The notes: generated by a model from the letters alone, not told the origin. Shown: positions 22,975-35,339, counted from the stretch's first letter. The stretch is DNA of 40,308 nucleotides from Octopus bimaculoides (GCF_001194135.2 NC_068981.1:7573727-7614034), one strand, 5' to 3'. Program-made: numbers and translations.

Positions 22975-23900
22975 GCAGTTACGATGGATTACATTGACAT
23001 TGGCGCAGAAGATATACTTCTAGCCATAGATAAGGTGGATGCAAACTCAACTGCTGGTCTTGATGGTTTCCCAGCAATCCTCCTCAAAACGTGTAAGCCC
23101 TGCGCTACCAGCGCCCAAAACTGGACGTATTACTTACAGGGTAGACTGGCCCACTGGCAATTACAATCCCAGAATTTAAATCAGTGCGGGACCTGGGTAT
23201 CGACATGAGTGATGATACTTCTTTCCTAGTGCACATTATCAAGATGGCGACAAAGTGCAGACGGCTGGCTGACTGAATCCTGAGAACCTTCAGAACCAGA
23301 GAGGAGGAAATCATGATGGTCCTCAGCCGTCTGGACTAGTGTAAAATTAACAGCGGACTTTGAAACAATTCAGCGAAGCTTCAGAAAGAAGATCGTCTCA
23401 TTGCAAAAGCTCAGCTACTGGGAAAGGCTGAAGCAGCTACGATTCTACTCCCCGGAACGAAGGCGAGAGAGGTATGCAGTAATATATGGGAGAATATACG
23501 AAAAAACAACAACAGACGAGGACAGGTGGTGTAAATAACAAAAGGATGTATTAGTATGACGCTCGGGAATACATCTGGAAGATCCTGTAAGGGATGGTGC
23601 CAAATTTTGGCATGGAAAGCTACACAAATGACTCAACGGGTCGTCACTGCACAACACCAAGGATCCCAGTAATGCTGTCGTTCTTCAGGACTAGTTACTG
23701 CAACAGCCTGGGTTTCAGGGGCCCACAGCTTTTTAAAATTCTCCGAAAGAGCCTGAGGGATCGACACAAAGTAGATTTAAGTGTTTTCAAATCAAAACTG
23801 GATCTCTTCCTGTCGAGAGTCCCAGATGAACCTACCTCGCAGCAGGAAGCGCAAATGAGGGTAGCGACATCAAACACCCATATTCACCGAACACCACATA
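22975..23900 (+). mobile_element. CR1/L2-group LINE 3' part with the RT core deleted; carries a small insert at ~23505-23575
   Basis: MDYIDIGAEDILLAIDKVDANSTAGLDGFPAILLK jumps to VRDLGI; ILRTFRTR; YWERLKQL..ERRRERY; FKSKLDLFLSRVPDEP. Confidence 0.8.
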
Positions 23901-24568
23901 TCAGAGGAGGCTCTCAATAATAACAGTGCAACAAAACGGCAGTGCTCCAGTATGACCACAGCTTTGAGCTGAGACTAATAAAATATAAAACATAAAACAC
24001 ACACACACATACACACTCACACACACACACACACATACACACGCACACGCACACAGACACACACACACACGTATATATATATATATATATTTGTGTGTGT
24101 GCGTATGTATGTATGTATATATATGCATGTATATGTGTGTGTGTGTTTGTGTGTTTATGTGTGTGTGTGTGCACTGGGTGGGGGGACTGGATATGTGAGA
24201 GTGTGAGGACCATTGGTCACCTGTTACCATTGACAACATTGTAGAACCGTTTCACGCCAGGATGACCACAACAAAATGTCCCATTTCATTGTTCTTGATG
24301 GACTTGGTTCCCCCTCCCCTTTTTCCTTTCCTTTTCTTTCTTTCTTTCTATTATACATGCATGCTTCAGTGTTTGCGCGCGCGCGCATGCGTATGCGAAT
24401 GAATATATGTGTATATTTGTTTGGGTCACTCTATGTGTATGTATGCGTAAGCTCCCATGTTCCTCTGTGCGTGTTTGTTCGTGTATGTGTGTGTCTGTAC
24501 ATGTGGATGCACGTCTGTCTGTCCATCTGTTTGTCTCTATCTCTCTCTCCTTTCTCTCTCTCTCTCTC

Positions 24569-24690
<122 letters not shown>

Positions 24691-24691
24691 C

Positions 24692-24734
<43 letters not shown>

Positions 24735-25110
24735 CAGATAAAACTTACTTAGAAATGGATGCGTGGCGTTCGATCATATAATAATATAAATAATATATAA
24801 GTACTTGCATATATACGCACGTATATGCAAATACCTACATATATATGTATATATATACATATATATGTATATATGTATATATGTATATACATATATATGT
24901 ATATATATACATATGTATATATATACATGCATATATGGGTACCGGACGTCAAAAGAACATGAACAAAATGAGAATCGGGACCGTAAAAAACAAAAGCATG
25001 GAAAACAAACTTTTTTTCGAACAATGAAAGAAACAAATAGAGAAACGAGACAGGTAACATAAAGAACATTCCCTTCATCAGTTGTCCCCTGATATATATA
25101 TATGTATGTA

Positions 25111-25153
<43 letters not shown>

Positions 25154-25369
25154 GCAATGTTAATTCTCTAAATGAAGTATTAACAGTAACTGCACGATAA
25201 AGTGTAGTATATTGCCACTTAAGTGTGGCTGACCCCTAGGGGTGGATGTTACTGTTGCTTTTAGCCCCAGGAGGACATCTCCTCCAGCTGGCTTATCGAC
25301 ACACGACTGTGTCCTGTTTGCCAAGGGAGTTATCCCTCTCACCTCGACCAGCAGCACGAACGTATCCGG

Positions 25370-25415
<46 letters not shown>

Positions 25416-25949
25416 TAAGCATGTGTGTTTATATATATATGTATATATATACTTATGAATGGGTATATGTGTATGTGTGGGTGTGCGTGTATATATGGAT
25501 AGTTAATGCATGCAAGTTTTGTAAATACATGGGTACTTTCTTATTCGAGTTATACAGCAGAAATGCAACAGAAATCGACACACAAACCTGTTTCAGTTTG
25601 AAGAATTGTTAATAAATAAATAAATAAATAATACCGACAAATTTTAATACACCCTGCTTTATTTCTCAAATATATTTTGCAGACAAATAAATCATGTTAA
25701 GAATATCCACAGGTGTATAATATTCCAAAGAGAAAATCAAAATCAAACTTTCATTTTCCCACAAAACAAGGAACATACAGCGAGCTTTTATGATGTCTTT
25801 CTTTTGAACATTTTATATTTATTTTTTAATGCTATTTTAAATTGAAATTATCTTTTAGCCATAGTATATGTTTATATTTTTGGTGTTTCCTGCTTGTGTC
25901 TGTTTGATAGGATTAGAAATATATATAGTTGGAATTTACAAAAAAAAAA

Positions 25950-26110
25950 CCCAAAAAACAATAGACGAAGATGGGTGTGTAAACAACAAACAGATGTATT
26001 AGTTTAACGCTCGGGAAGTGAGTAAGTCTTTTACGTTTCGAGCCTACGCTCTTCAACAGAAAGGAACACAGAAATAAACAGGGAGAGAAAATAGAAAAAG
26101 GGAGAGAAAA
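25950..26110 (-). mobile_element. Short interspersed repeat carrying a variant hammerhead fold (26027-26064)
   Basis: Homologous to 33885-34043 (+) and partly to 23505-23575. Minus strand: CCTTT-CTGTTGA-A-GAGC/GTAG/GCTC-GAAAC-GT-A-AAAG. Confidence 0.7.
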
Positions 26111-26574
26111 TAGAAAAAAGGTTTAATGGCTAGCAAGCTATCATGGCGAATGCCGGACAGAGGTAGTCAGACAGGAGAGCTAGGAAAAAGGGGAGATAAA
26201 AGAAAAGTAGAGAGAGTGAGTGGGAGGTTGACATATAATATAATTGTTTATGCTTATTGAAATGAAACCTGTAAAATATAACTGTCAACATTCTCACTGG
26301 TTATTGTACATCCTTAATGCGATGGCATAATGGTGAGGAGGATTGCTGTTAATGTTCTTCAAGGAATAGGTAATTACCTCCCTTTTCATAAAACTTTTTC
26401 TTTATGCGCTTGATTCATTTGGTCTATTTATATTCAGTCGTTTCATTGCATCAGTTTCTGCATATACAATCCGAATATATACATGCTTTTTTTTTTTTGC
26501 TTTATTTTATGGATTACGGCAGAGCAGAACAATTCCTCACCAATTCCACACAAACTGCAGAGTGAAAGACCATC

Positions 26575-27483
26575 TTACATGAACAAAATTATGTATATTA
26601 ATATTAGTACTTGTACAATGGAAAAGAAGCCAAGATTAATATTCCTCGAAGAGAAATTGATGCCACATTCATTGCACAACCAGGGACATTTAAATTTTAT
26701 CTCTACATTTGCACATAGTGATGTGTTTACTGTTGTGCAAGGGTCAATTGGATCAGGATATGAACAGTTCAGGAGGCAACGGGGACCAGTTATATGAAAA
26801 TGGTGTNNNNNNNNNNNNNNNNNNNNNNNNNNNNNNNNNNNNNNNNNNNNNNNNNNNNNNNNNNNNNNNNNNNNNNNNNNNNNNNNNNNNNNNNNNNNNN
26901 NNNNNNNNNNNNNNNNNNNNNNNNNNNNNNNNNNNNNNNNNNNNNNNNNNNNNNNNNNNNNNNNNNNNNNNNNNNNNNNNNNNNNNNNNNNNNNNNNNNN
27001 NNNNNNNNNNNNNNNNNNNNNNNNNNNCATATTTCTATATGAATCTGCAACACCTTCACCTGGATAAGTATAATTAAATGAATTTATTTCGGCATGCCAC
27101 GCGTTCACCACTGAACCCCAAGAAACGTATGCTAAGCCAATGTTTTGCACTAAACTATATTTGCCGGGGACATCATTATATTCTCTCTCGCTTTTCTGAT
27201 ATTCACAATTGTTTGCCCATTTCTGTGCAAGAAAAGCAAGTTCCTCATTCCATTTTAATTGAAACATAGCACAGGCTCCAGGTTTAATATCTTCCCGATA
27301 TTTGTTATGCAAAAACAGAATCAATTTCTTATCAAATGTATCTACTTCCACTGATTTCATCAAGAAAGGCGACGGTGGTAAACAAGCCACATGTTGAGGG
27401 CTATCGCTATACATATCAGGGCAGCTATGAATTCCTTCGCACAAGCCCATTATAAGCAGTAAATGTATCCACATTAAATGCAT
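26575..27483 (-). CDS. CAP/CRISP-like copy 3 (~302 aa); middle hidden by gap 26807-27027
   Basis: MHLMWIHLLLIMGLCEG signal peptide; LHNKYRE, WNEELAFLAQKWANNC, VQNIG, WHAE, CPWLCNEC, hydrophobic tail. The track start at 27678 is GTG. Gap length roughly fits the missing ~73 codons. Intactness inside the gap is unknown. Confidence 0.82.
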   Translation of the reverse strand: MHLMWIHLLLIMGLCEGIHSCPDMYSDSPQHVACLPPSPFLMKSVEVDTFDKKLILFLHNKYREDIKPGACAMFQLKWNEELAFLAQKWANNCEYQKSEREYNDVPGKYSLVQNIGLAYVSWGSVVNAWHAEINSFNYTYPGEGVADSYRNMXXXXXXXXXXXXXXXXXXXXXXXXXXXXXXXXXXXXXXXXXXXXXXXXXXXXXXXXXXXXXXXXXXXXXXXXXXHHFHITGPRCLLNCSYPDPIDPCTTVNTSLCANVEIKFKCPWLCNECGINFSSRNINLGFFSIVQVLILIYIILFM

Positions 27484-27554
27484 AATCTCTCCAAAATTTC
27501 CTATTATTTTACTTGTAGAATATACAGCAATGTTCTTTAGAAGCGGAATATTTC

Positions 27555-27726
27555 CTGTAACAGCTTTAATAAAATTCCATATCCTTTTGCTGTTCATTAG
27601 AAATAATGATATTAAAATGGTTATTGTTATTAGGGTGTTTTGAATTTTAAAATGTTTCGCAAAATCTTTTAAATGCACTCACGTAATCCTGTAATCACAG
27701 TTGGTCACTTAGCTATATCCTTTATA
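27555..27726 (-). promoter_or_regulatory. Putative TATA box and 5'-UTR intron of the CAP genes (equivalent sites at 39563-39734)
   Basis: TATAAAG (27726-27720), GTGAGT donor at 27682 (conserved at 16279 and 39690), CTAAT at 27600-27596, TTACAG|G acceptor at 27555. Motif-only prediction. Confidence 0.4.
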
Positions 27727-28314
27727 GAGTCCATTCTATAGGTATCGAATAATTTAGAAAGCTTGTCTTGATGTTGAAATCGTCTCTTATTATAAGGTGA
27801 ATGTGTCTCATTAAATGCTTATAGTCATATATTTATCATAATATAAACGTTCGTTTATATTTAGTTAACATGAAGTGAAGCCACGTAATGCAAAACGCCA
27901 AGTCGTTAACATAAATCACGAGATGAATATTCTCAAAACGCAGAAATTAAATGTAAGGATTCCGTAATAGCATTAGTTAACTGTGTCTGGTTTATGGCTG
28001 AATTTCGCCATATCTATTGCGGAATAGATATAATCCGAAAATAGTCGTTGATTAATTCTAATAATTGAAGCTCGTCGAGTTAATAAAATGTTAAAAATAT
28101 AAAGGAAAATATAAAGAAAATTACAATATTTTGAACATTGAAAATTTCGCCTTTGCTATATTTTCAACGGAGGCGAAGTTTTGCTTGCTTCCATCCATCT
28201 CATTATTAGCAATAGTCCTGTGTATTTTGAGTGCCGCCGTTAAAAATGATTTACTTTCGTAACAGTCAAAGTTTCGAGGAATGTTGATAATATTGTTTTC
28301 AAACTTTGGCAAAA

Positions 28315-28495
28315 GGGGAGACAATTCCTTCGATTACATCGACTTCAGTGCTCAATGGGTACTTATTTTACCGACCCCGAAAGGCGGAAAGACAAAGTCG
28401 ATTACGGTGAAGTTTGAACTCACAACGTAAAGGCGGACGAAATGCCGCTAAGCATTTTGCTCGGTCTACGAGTAACTCAGCCAGTTCACCGCTTC
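28315..28495 (-). mobile_element. tRNA-derived SINE with Deu/Nin-like central domain
   Basis: Minus strand: gcggtgaactggc..tgagttcaaac (B box)..gtcgactttgtctttccgcctttcggggtcggtaaaataagtacc. Related fragments at 9856-9901 and ~33545-33595. Confidence 0.7.
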
Positions 28496-28706
28496 ACAAT
28501 AATAATTTAATACTAGCTCGTTTCATGTCGCTACGCTACTGGTAAAATTATTTGTTAATCATGCAAGTACCTTCATTAGTTGTTCAAAGTGGACGTCTCT
28601 TTTTTATGAGTGTATGTTGCACAGTCTATTTGTTGACAGACACAAGCATACAAATACACACACACAAACAACTACAAAAATAACTATATATAAATCATTT
28701 GTATAC

Positions 28707-28750
<44 letters not shown>

Positions 28751-29094
28751 CCAATTTGGAAGTCTGTGGTGTGCTGCATTGACAGACTGCTGACGTTTTT
28801 AATCAAAACGTGTTAATTACTATGGTGACAACACTACTTATCTTTCTTTCACACGCACACACACACACACACGTACACACACACGCACACACACATACGC
28901 ACACACACACGCACACACACACGCACATGCACACACTATCTCTCTCTTTCTCTCTCTCTCACTCATTGTAACTCTCTCTTAACAATCTTGGGACAGAGAG
29001 AGAAAGAAAGAGAGAGTGAAGAATGAGGGCAGAAATAGGTTTGCTGTTGTAGAGCAGATACGTGGCTAACTAGCCAGAGGGAAGAGCGAGTGAA

Positions 29095-29145
<51 letters not shown>

Positions 29146-29529
29146 GATAGATAGATAGAAAGGGGGAGAGAGGGAAGAAAGAGGGAGAGAGAGAGAGAGT
29201 AGGAAACAGCACAGTGTTAGAGAGAACAGGAAAGAGAAGGTGAATTGCCAGGGTATACTCACAAGTAACAAGGAACAGAGGATTAATGTGATGGTAGAGT
29301 AAAGAAAAGAGAGGTACGAAGGACGTAATATACGCGGCCAGGTGTTGCCAAGAAGACGCTAGTAGGGAGTGGGGGTTTCAGTGATTGGCGAAAACTTGAG
29401 TAGAGGGAAGGGAAGGGGATGGGAAGACAATCATAGTTTATGAAGAGGAAATGTGAGGAAGAGAAAGATACTGTTTAGAAGAGATGTTGTTCGGTTTTTT
29501 GGGGTAGGGTGTGGGAAAAGTTTGTTGTT

Positions 29530-32270
29530 ACATGTGAGTGGGACACGAGTCTTCTAGCAATCAGTTTCGCTTTCGTGGGTGGGTCTTCTCTAGAACCTCA
29601 TATTGCAAAAGCACAACTAGGTCCATTGCCAAATCCTCCGTGAGCCCCAGCATCCTTAAGATCAGTCCTCACCATTTCACCCCATGTCTTCCTGGGTCTC
29701 CTTCTGCCACAAGTACCATCCACTTTAAGTGACAGGTACCTCTTTATACAGCTGCCTTCACACATACGCATCACACGTCGAAACCAACGCATTCTTCTCT
29801 CCTGCAAGCTACGTTTAATCCCTTTTATGCCTAACCTTATTCTCAACGCAGTTGTGTTTTGTCTGTCAAGCAAATTGATGTTGTAATTCCAACGGAGTAT
29901 ACTACTTTCATTCCTCTTCAGTTTATGCATGTCCTCTGCAGTCAGAGTCCACGTCTCACTACCATGTAATATACCCGTTCTCACACAAGCATCATACACC
30001 TCCCTTTCACTCTGAGAGAGAAAGAGAGTCCTCTTGTGGTTCATAGAGGTAGTAGCTCTCTGAACGTCTTCCATCCTATTCTTATTCTAGAAACAATACA
30101 TTCAGAGCATCCACCATCATTGGTAATTTGGTCACCAAAGTAACAGAAATTGTCTACTACCTCAAGAGAGCCTTTGAGAGCGTTTAAGTTCCTCGTACCC
30201 TTAGTGTCTATTCTTCCAGTGCATCTGCCACATACGAAAGCGACCTTATCCGTTAACCTACCTATGATTTCACTGCATCTCTTATGGGTCCAAAGCTTAC
30301 ATTTGGTGCAACAAATGGAATTACGTCCCACTCCTTTCCTACTTATTGAACAGGGCCATTTACATGATGCACGCAGAGTCTTGTCTGCTTTCTTGCTAAC
30401 AACAACTTTAGTCTTTGCTAAGTTAACTTTAAGGCCTTTTCATTCCAGGTTTTGCTTCCAAACTCGAAACTTTTTCGCCAATTCTGCTTCAGATTCTGCA
30501 ATAGGAGCAAGATCATCAGCATATAATAGTTCCAATGGGCATCCAGTTTTCAATTTATCTGTAATGGCCTGGAGAATTATAATGAATATGAGTGGACTAA
30601 GAACTGATCCCTGGTGAATTCCAACTTGTACACTAAATTCATCACCGTATTCAAGGCCGACTCTCACCTTACTTATTGCTGTACATAGCTTGAATGGCTC
30701 TAATAAGCCACTTCTCTACTCCTAGCTTCTTTAGAGACCACCAGATAAGAGAGCGGCGAATCTTGTCGAAAGCTTTCTCCAGGTCGACGAAGGCTAAGTA
30801 CAATGGCTTACTTTTGGCCAAATACTTTTCTTCAAACCGTCTTACTATGAAGATGGCATCTGACGTACTTCCCCCTGGAACAAAACCAAACTCTTCATCT
30901 CATGTAGCTTAATTTTGTCCCTTATCAGTTGAGATATAACTCTCTCTGAAATGTTCACGACCTGGTCGAGCAGACTGATGCCTCTGTATTTGTTTCTAGC
31001 TAAGGCATCACATTTACCCTTGTAGCAACTAACTATAATACTACTAGACCAGTCTTTGGGGTTGACACTTTCCTGAATAACCTGATTAACTATCCAAGTG
31101 ACTAGGCTGTATCTCACACCACTTGATATTCTAATCATCTCGGCAGTGATACCAGATGGTTCGGGGTTTTCCCAGTCTTCATAGTCTTAATTGCATTATC
31201 TATTATACTGATATCACCTCTGATGGCTGGTCCCTCGGTTAGTTCGATATTTGAAAGACACTCCTTCGCCCAATCACACTTCACATTTAATAAACTTTCA
31301 TAATGGCACCTCCGCGCAGCTTTCTTCTCTGAGTCACTAAGCCCAAGCATGCCATTATCCATTCACTCCTCACCCGCCACATCTCTATTCTCTCTGATAC
31401 ACTGCTTTGTAATCCTGAACACTTCACGCCTCTGATCCTCACGCTGTAGAACATTGGCAAACTTCTTACCTTCTGCTATTCCTTTTGTTATGTAAACATG
31501 ACGCATAACCTCCTTTCTGGCTCCCTGATATAATGTTCTCCTTCCACCGATTGTCTAGTCCTACCAGGCCTGTCTCTTCCTTTTTATAGCACTGTCCACC
31601 TCCTTGTTCCACCACCATATCGCCCTGGGGACTTTGCATCGACCACAGATTTTATCAGCGATCCACAGTAAATTGTCCTGCAGGAACTTCCAATTGTCTA
31701 GTTGTCCTCCGCCTTCTCTCTACCATCATAGGCTTCCAGTAGAATGTCTCTGAACTTTTGTTGGTTTGCTGGATCTTTGAACTTCTATATTCTTCTTTTC
31801 CAGCATAGTTTACTTCCCCAAGTCTCTCTTGTCCAAATTCTGGAGTCACAAACTAGTAGCCTATGTTGGGGTGTACACTCTTAACCCGGGAAGGACTTAG
31901 CATTTATGAGCATCAGCCTAATTCGTTGCCTAGTGAGGAGGTAGTCAACTTGGCTTATGTTCCAGACTGATAAGTGATAAGGTGGCTGGCTAGCTTTCTG
32001 AAGTTAGTGTTACAGACCATAAGATCATTTGTATCACAAGGCTGAGGTAGTCTTGTTCCCTCCTCCTTCCTGGAGCTAAAGCCATAACCACCATGCGCCC
32101 CATGGAATCCATGGGACGGCTACCAAACACGTTCATTTAAATTCGTCAGCCACAATAATGAAATCTGATAATGAAAGCACCTCGTAGAATTGGTCCTTCT
32201 GATCATCAACCATCCCAGCCTGTGGAGCACAGGCAGAGATAAATGTAATTGTTAATCTATCAATGGGATG
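29530..32270 (-). mobile_element. Near-complete but decayed RTE-clade LINE ORF (AP endonuclease, RT, PHD finger, thumb)
   Basis: EN: CDTNDLMVCNTNF..SQVDYLL..HRLLVCD. RT: YKGK.DAL..YRGISLL, GIHQGSVLSPLIF, LLYADD, YFGD, MRWF..VMRM, RPRKTW. Multiple stops and frameshifts. Confidence 0.92.
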
Positions 32271-32367
32271 TCTCAGCTTAATAACCCTGTCGCATACACT
32301 GATTACCTCAATTATCTTATCTACTTACTTCTCTGCTAAGATTATGCTCACACCACCCATTCCATAT

Positions 32368-32471
32368 ATATTGTGGCTGTGTCGTAAGAAACTTGTTTCT
32401 GAACCACGTGGTTACGGGTTCAGTCCACTGCGTGCCACCTTGGGCAAGTGTCTTCTACTATAATCTCGGGA
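32368..32471 (+). mobile_element. 5' head of the 1143-type SINE
   Basis: tgtggctgtgtcgtaagaaacttg..gggttcagtccactgcgtgccaccttgggcaagtgtcttctactata. Confidence 0.75.
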
Positions 32472-32804
32472 GCTCCTCGTAGTACTGTCAGGCAAGAGAT
32501 TTCTGGAAATTATCGAATGTCCACCTCAGCCCGTCAATTTCTACCGACGCCCAGATCTTCCTCTGACATCATCGTCTTTCTTACATTCCTTTAACCCTCT
32601 ATCAGACGTCACTGTTGACTTACCACCGATAATACTTTCCGACTGGTAGAGGAACGCGACAGGGCGTTTGACGAACTTTCAAATGCAGAGTGCCCCCTTC
32701 GCTCTTTACTTGTCTCAGAAATACATCTATGTCAAGGACACGAAATGTGAAAAACCTACCGACAAAAGGCAAGCACACCTACTCACCGTCAAGGAATGGT
32801 GGAA

Positions 32805-33345
32805 GATTTCTGCGCAGCCTCAGTGCTTCTCTGCACAGACTCAGTTTTTGTCTGCGAAAATTTAGTGATTGGCTGCACAGCCTCAGCTCTTGTATGTGCT
32901 GGATCATCCCTTGTCTGCGTAGCGTCAGCCCTTGTACACGCAGCCTCAGTCCTTGTCTGTGCAGCACCTGTGCTTGTCTGTGCAACCTGTGATTATCTCT
33001 ACAGATAATCATAGGTTGCGCGATTATCTATGCGCGATTATCTATGCGCGATTATCTGCGCAGCCTCAGCGCCTGACTGCGTAGCTGCAGCCCTTGTGCG
33101 CGCAGCCCCAGTGCTTGTCGGCGCAGCCCCAGTGCTTGTCGGCGCAGCCCCAGTGCTTGTCGGCGCAGCTCCAGTGTTTGTCTGCGATGCGCAGCTTAGA
33201 GCTCTTACATGCGCAGCCTCAGTTCTTGTCTGCGCAGCTTCAACCCTTGTGTACGCATTCTCACCGGTTGTCTGCGCAGCGTAAAGTCCCTGTGTCTGCA
33301 ACCTCAGCGCTTGCCCTTGTATTCGCAGCTTCAGCCATGGCATGA
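32805..33345. repeat. Degenerate 21-bp tandem array (consensus ~GCGCAGCCTCAGTGCTTGTCT), interrupted by a 14-bp triplication at ~33018-33060
   Basis: Three near-perfect units gcgcagccccagtgcttgtcg at ~33100-33165 and many variants either side. Confidence 0.9.
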
Positions 33346-33884
33346 TCTCAACTTCTGTTTAAGTGCTGATGGTAGGAAAAGTCAAAATAGATATAATAAA
33401 AAAATAATGGCAATAATATAATATAAAATAAATTAGGATGAAGTAAAACAAAATTATGAACGATAATGACAAAATAAAAATAAATGATCGCTTCTTTAGG
33501 CACAAATTCGAGCTGGGTGGGCATGTTTTAATGACATAGAAGACAGTATTTAACTGGTACATTATCTTATCGACCTCCAGGGGATGAAAATGCAATACTG
33601 ACCTTAACAGGATTTGATCTCATAATGTAATGATCCTGAAAAAATACTGCAATTTATTTGTTCGATGATCTAATAATTCATACATGTATATATACAGTAT
33701 ATGTATGTATGTATGTATGTATGTATGCAGGTATGTATGTGTAGATATAGATATAGATATATGTATATATATGTATATACATACATATAAATATATAGAA
33801 ATATATATATATATGTGTGTGTGTGTGTGTATGTGTGTGTGTGCGTGTATATATATATATATATAGCCATGATACATCGTTGAC

Positions 33885-34043
33885 CAAACACCATTCAATT
33901 TTTTACTGTGTTTTTCTCCTTGTTTTCTCCGTATTCTTTCTGTTGAAGAGCGTAGCTCGAAACGTTAAAGACTTTCTGTATTCCCGAGCCTCAAACTAAT
34001 ACATCCTTTTGTTGTTTACACCACCTGTCCTCGACTGTTTTTT
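33885..34043 (+). mobile_element. Second copy of the variant-hammerhead repeat (fold at 33935-33971)
   Basis: TCTTT-CTGTTGA-A-GAGC/GTA/GCTC-GAAAC-GT-T-AAAGA; downstream sequence matches 25950-26030 in reverse complement. Confidence 0.7.
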
Positions 34044-34138
34044 NNNNNNNNNNNNNNNNNNNNNNNNNNNNNNNNNNNNNNNNNNNNNNNNNNNNNNNNN
34101 NNNNNNNNNNNNNNNNNNNNNNNNNNNNNNNNNNNNNN

Positions 34139-34171
<33 letters not shown>

Positions 34172-35115
34172 TATAAATATACATATAGATTGGACATGGG
34201 CGATTCTTGTCTTGCGATTCACCGTCAAACGGTTGGGTGGAATTGCGCGAAACATTACACAGTTGTATAGAATCATCTGGTGATGATGCTGGACTTTTTA
34301 TTCTTTTCACAGATCCCGTGGTTAGTGAGATAATCTCCTATAATAATACCCTTGTGTTTATGAATGAGAAAGGAAAGGGTGATACATGATTAAGGAAGGA
34401 AGGGGTGATGTCATGTTTTTTCATAGCTTCCATGATTACCGAGATAATCTATAATAATACTGTTGCGTTTGTGACTGAGACAGAAAGGGGTGATACGTGA
34501 ATAAGGAAGGAAGAGGTGATGCCAGCGTTTTAACTCTGTGTGAATATATGTGTATGTAACGGGGGGGGGGTGAACGTGAATATGTGTGTGTTCGCGCGCG
34601 TGTTTTGAGTTTGTGTGTGTGTGCGTGTGAGCGCGCAATGGAAGGGAGATGGTTAACATTCAACGCTGAAAAGAAAATTCCTACAGCGTTTCAACTCTGT
34701 GTATTTGGTATGTTTCACTTGAGTACAATCTGTTCTCTATAAAGGTATATGTCTGTTTTTTGTTGATATAAAATAATTTCTTCGGTATTTCTCGACCAAA
34801 TTTTATTTAGCATCATTATTATTAAATTTATGCATTTCTAATCAATTTGAAGATATTTGCTATCAAGTTGCAGATTTTTAACAATGCATTTGGTGATTAT
34901 TTGCTTTATTTCTCGGGCAAAATTTACAACTTATAATAAAAGAATAAAATTAATATTTCATTCAAAAATTGATGAGCTTTGTTTTTAGTGATGACTTGAA
35001 ATGTTAAATATTTTTTCTAACTGTATTTGCTTGAAAAAACATACTTTTCTTTATATTAAGCAATTCATTATAATTACTTTTACGATGTGCCTAAATAAAA
35101 ACCATCGTTATAGAT

Positions 35116-35339
35116 CAGCATTTCTCAGCCTTCTTTGTGATTCGGCTTCCCTTGGACATTGAAAAAATCTATTTCGGCTCCCCTGTGTTGATGAAAAATT
35201 TAATTCAGCTCCCCATGATTGTGAGATAGACCGGCCTGCCCATGACAAACCTGACGAAAGGGGGGGTCAGAAAATTTTCGTACAGCTGGAGGATCCAACC
35301 GAAACAGGGGAGCCGAAATGATAAGGTTGAGAAACGCTA
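35116..35339. mobile_element. hAT/Charlie-like MITE
   Basis: TIRs CAGCATTTCTCAGCCTT / AAGGTTGAGAAACGCTA; perfect subterminal inverted repeat ATTTCGGCTCCCCTG (35171-35185) / CAGGGGAGCCGAAAT (35305-35319). No matching TSD seen. Confidence 0.7.

Noticed and set aside
25040-25090. CTGATGAAG on the minus strand
   Set aside because: No stem II followed by GAAA at a suitable distance. The CTGACGA hits at ~11990 and ~35250 fail the same way.
25225-25315. Cluster of hairpins (GGCTGA/TTAGCC, CCCC-TA-GGGG, GGAG/CTCC, GACACA/TGTGTC) suggesting an HDV-like ribozyme
   Set aside because: I could not build the nested double pseudoknot (no P3 or P1.1). An RNArobo or Infernal search would be needed.
32805-33345. 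CRISPR-like array
   Set aside because: Contiguous degenerate units with no unique spacers, eukaryotic context, no cas genes.
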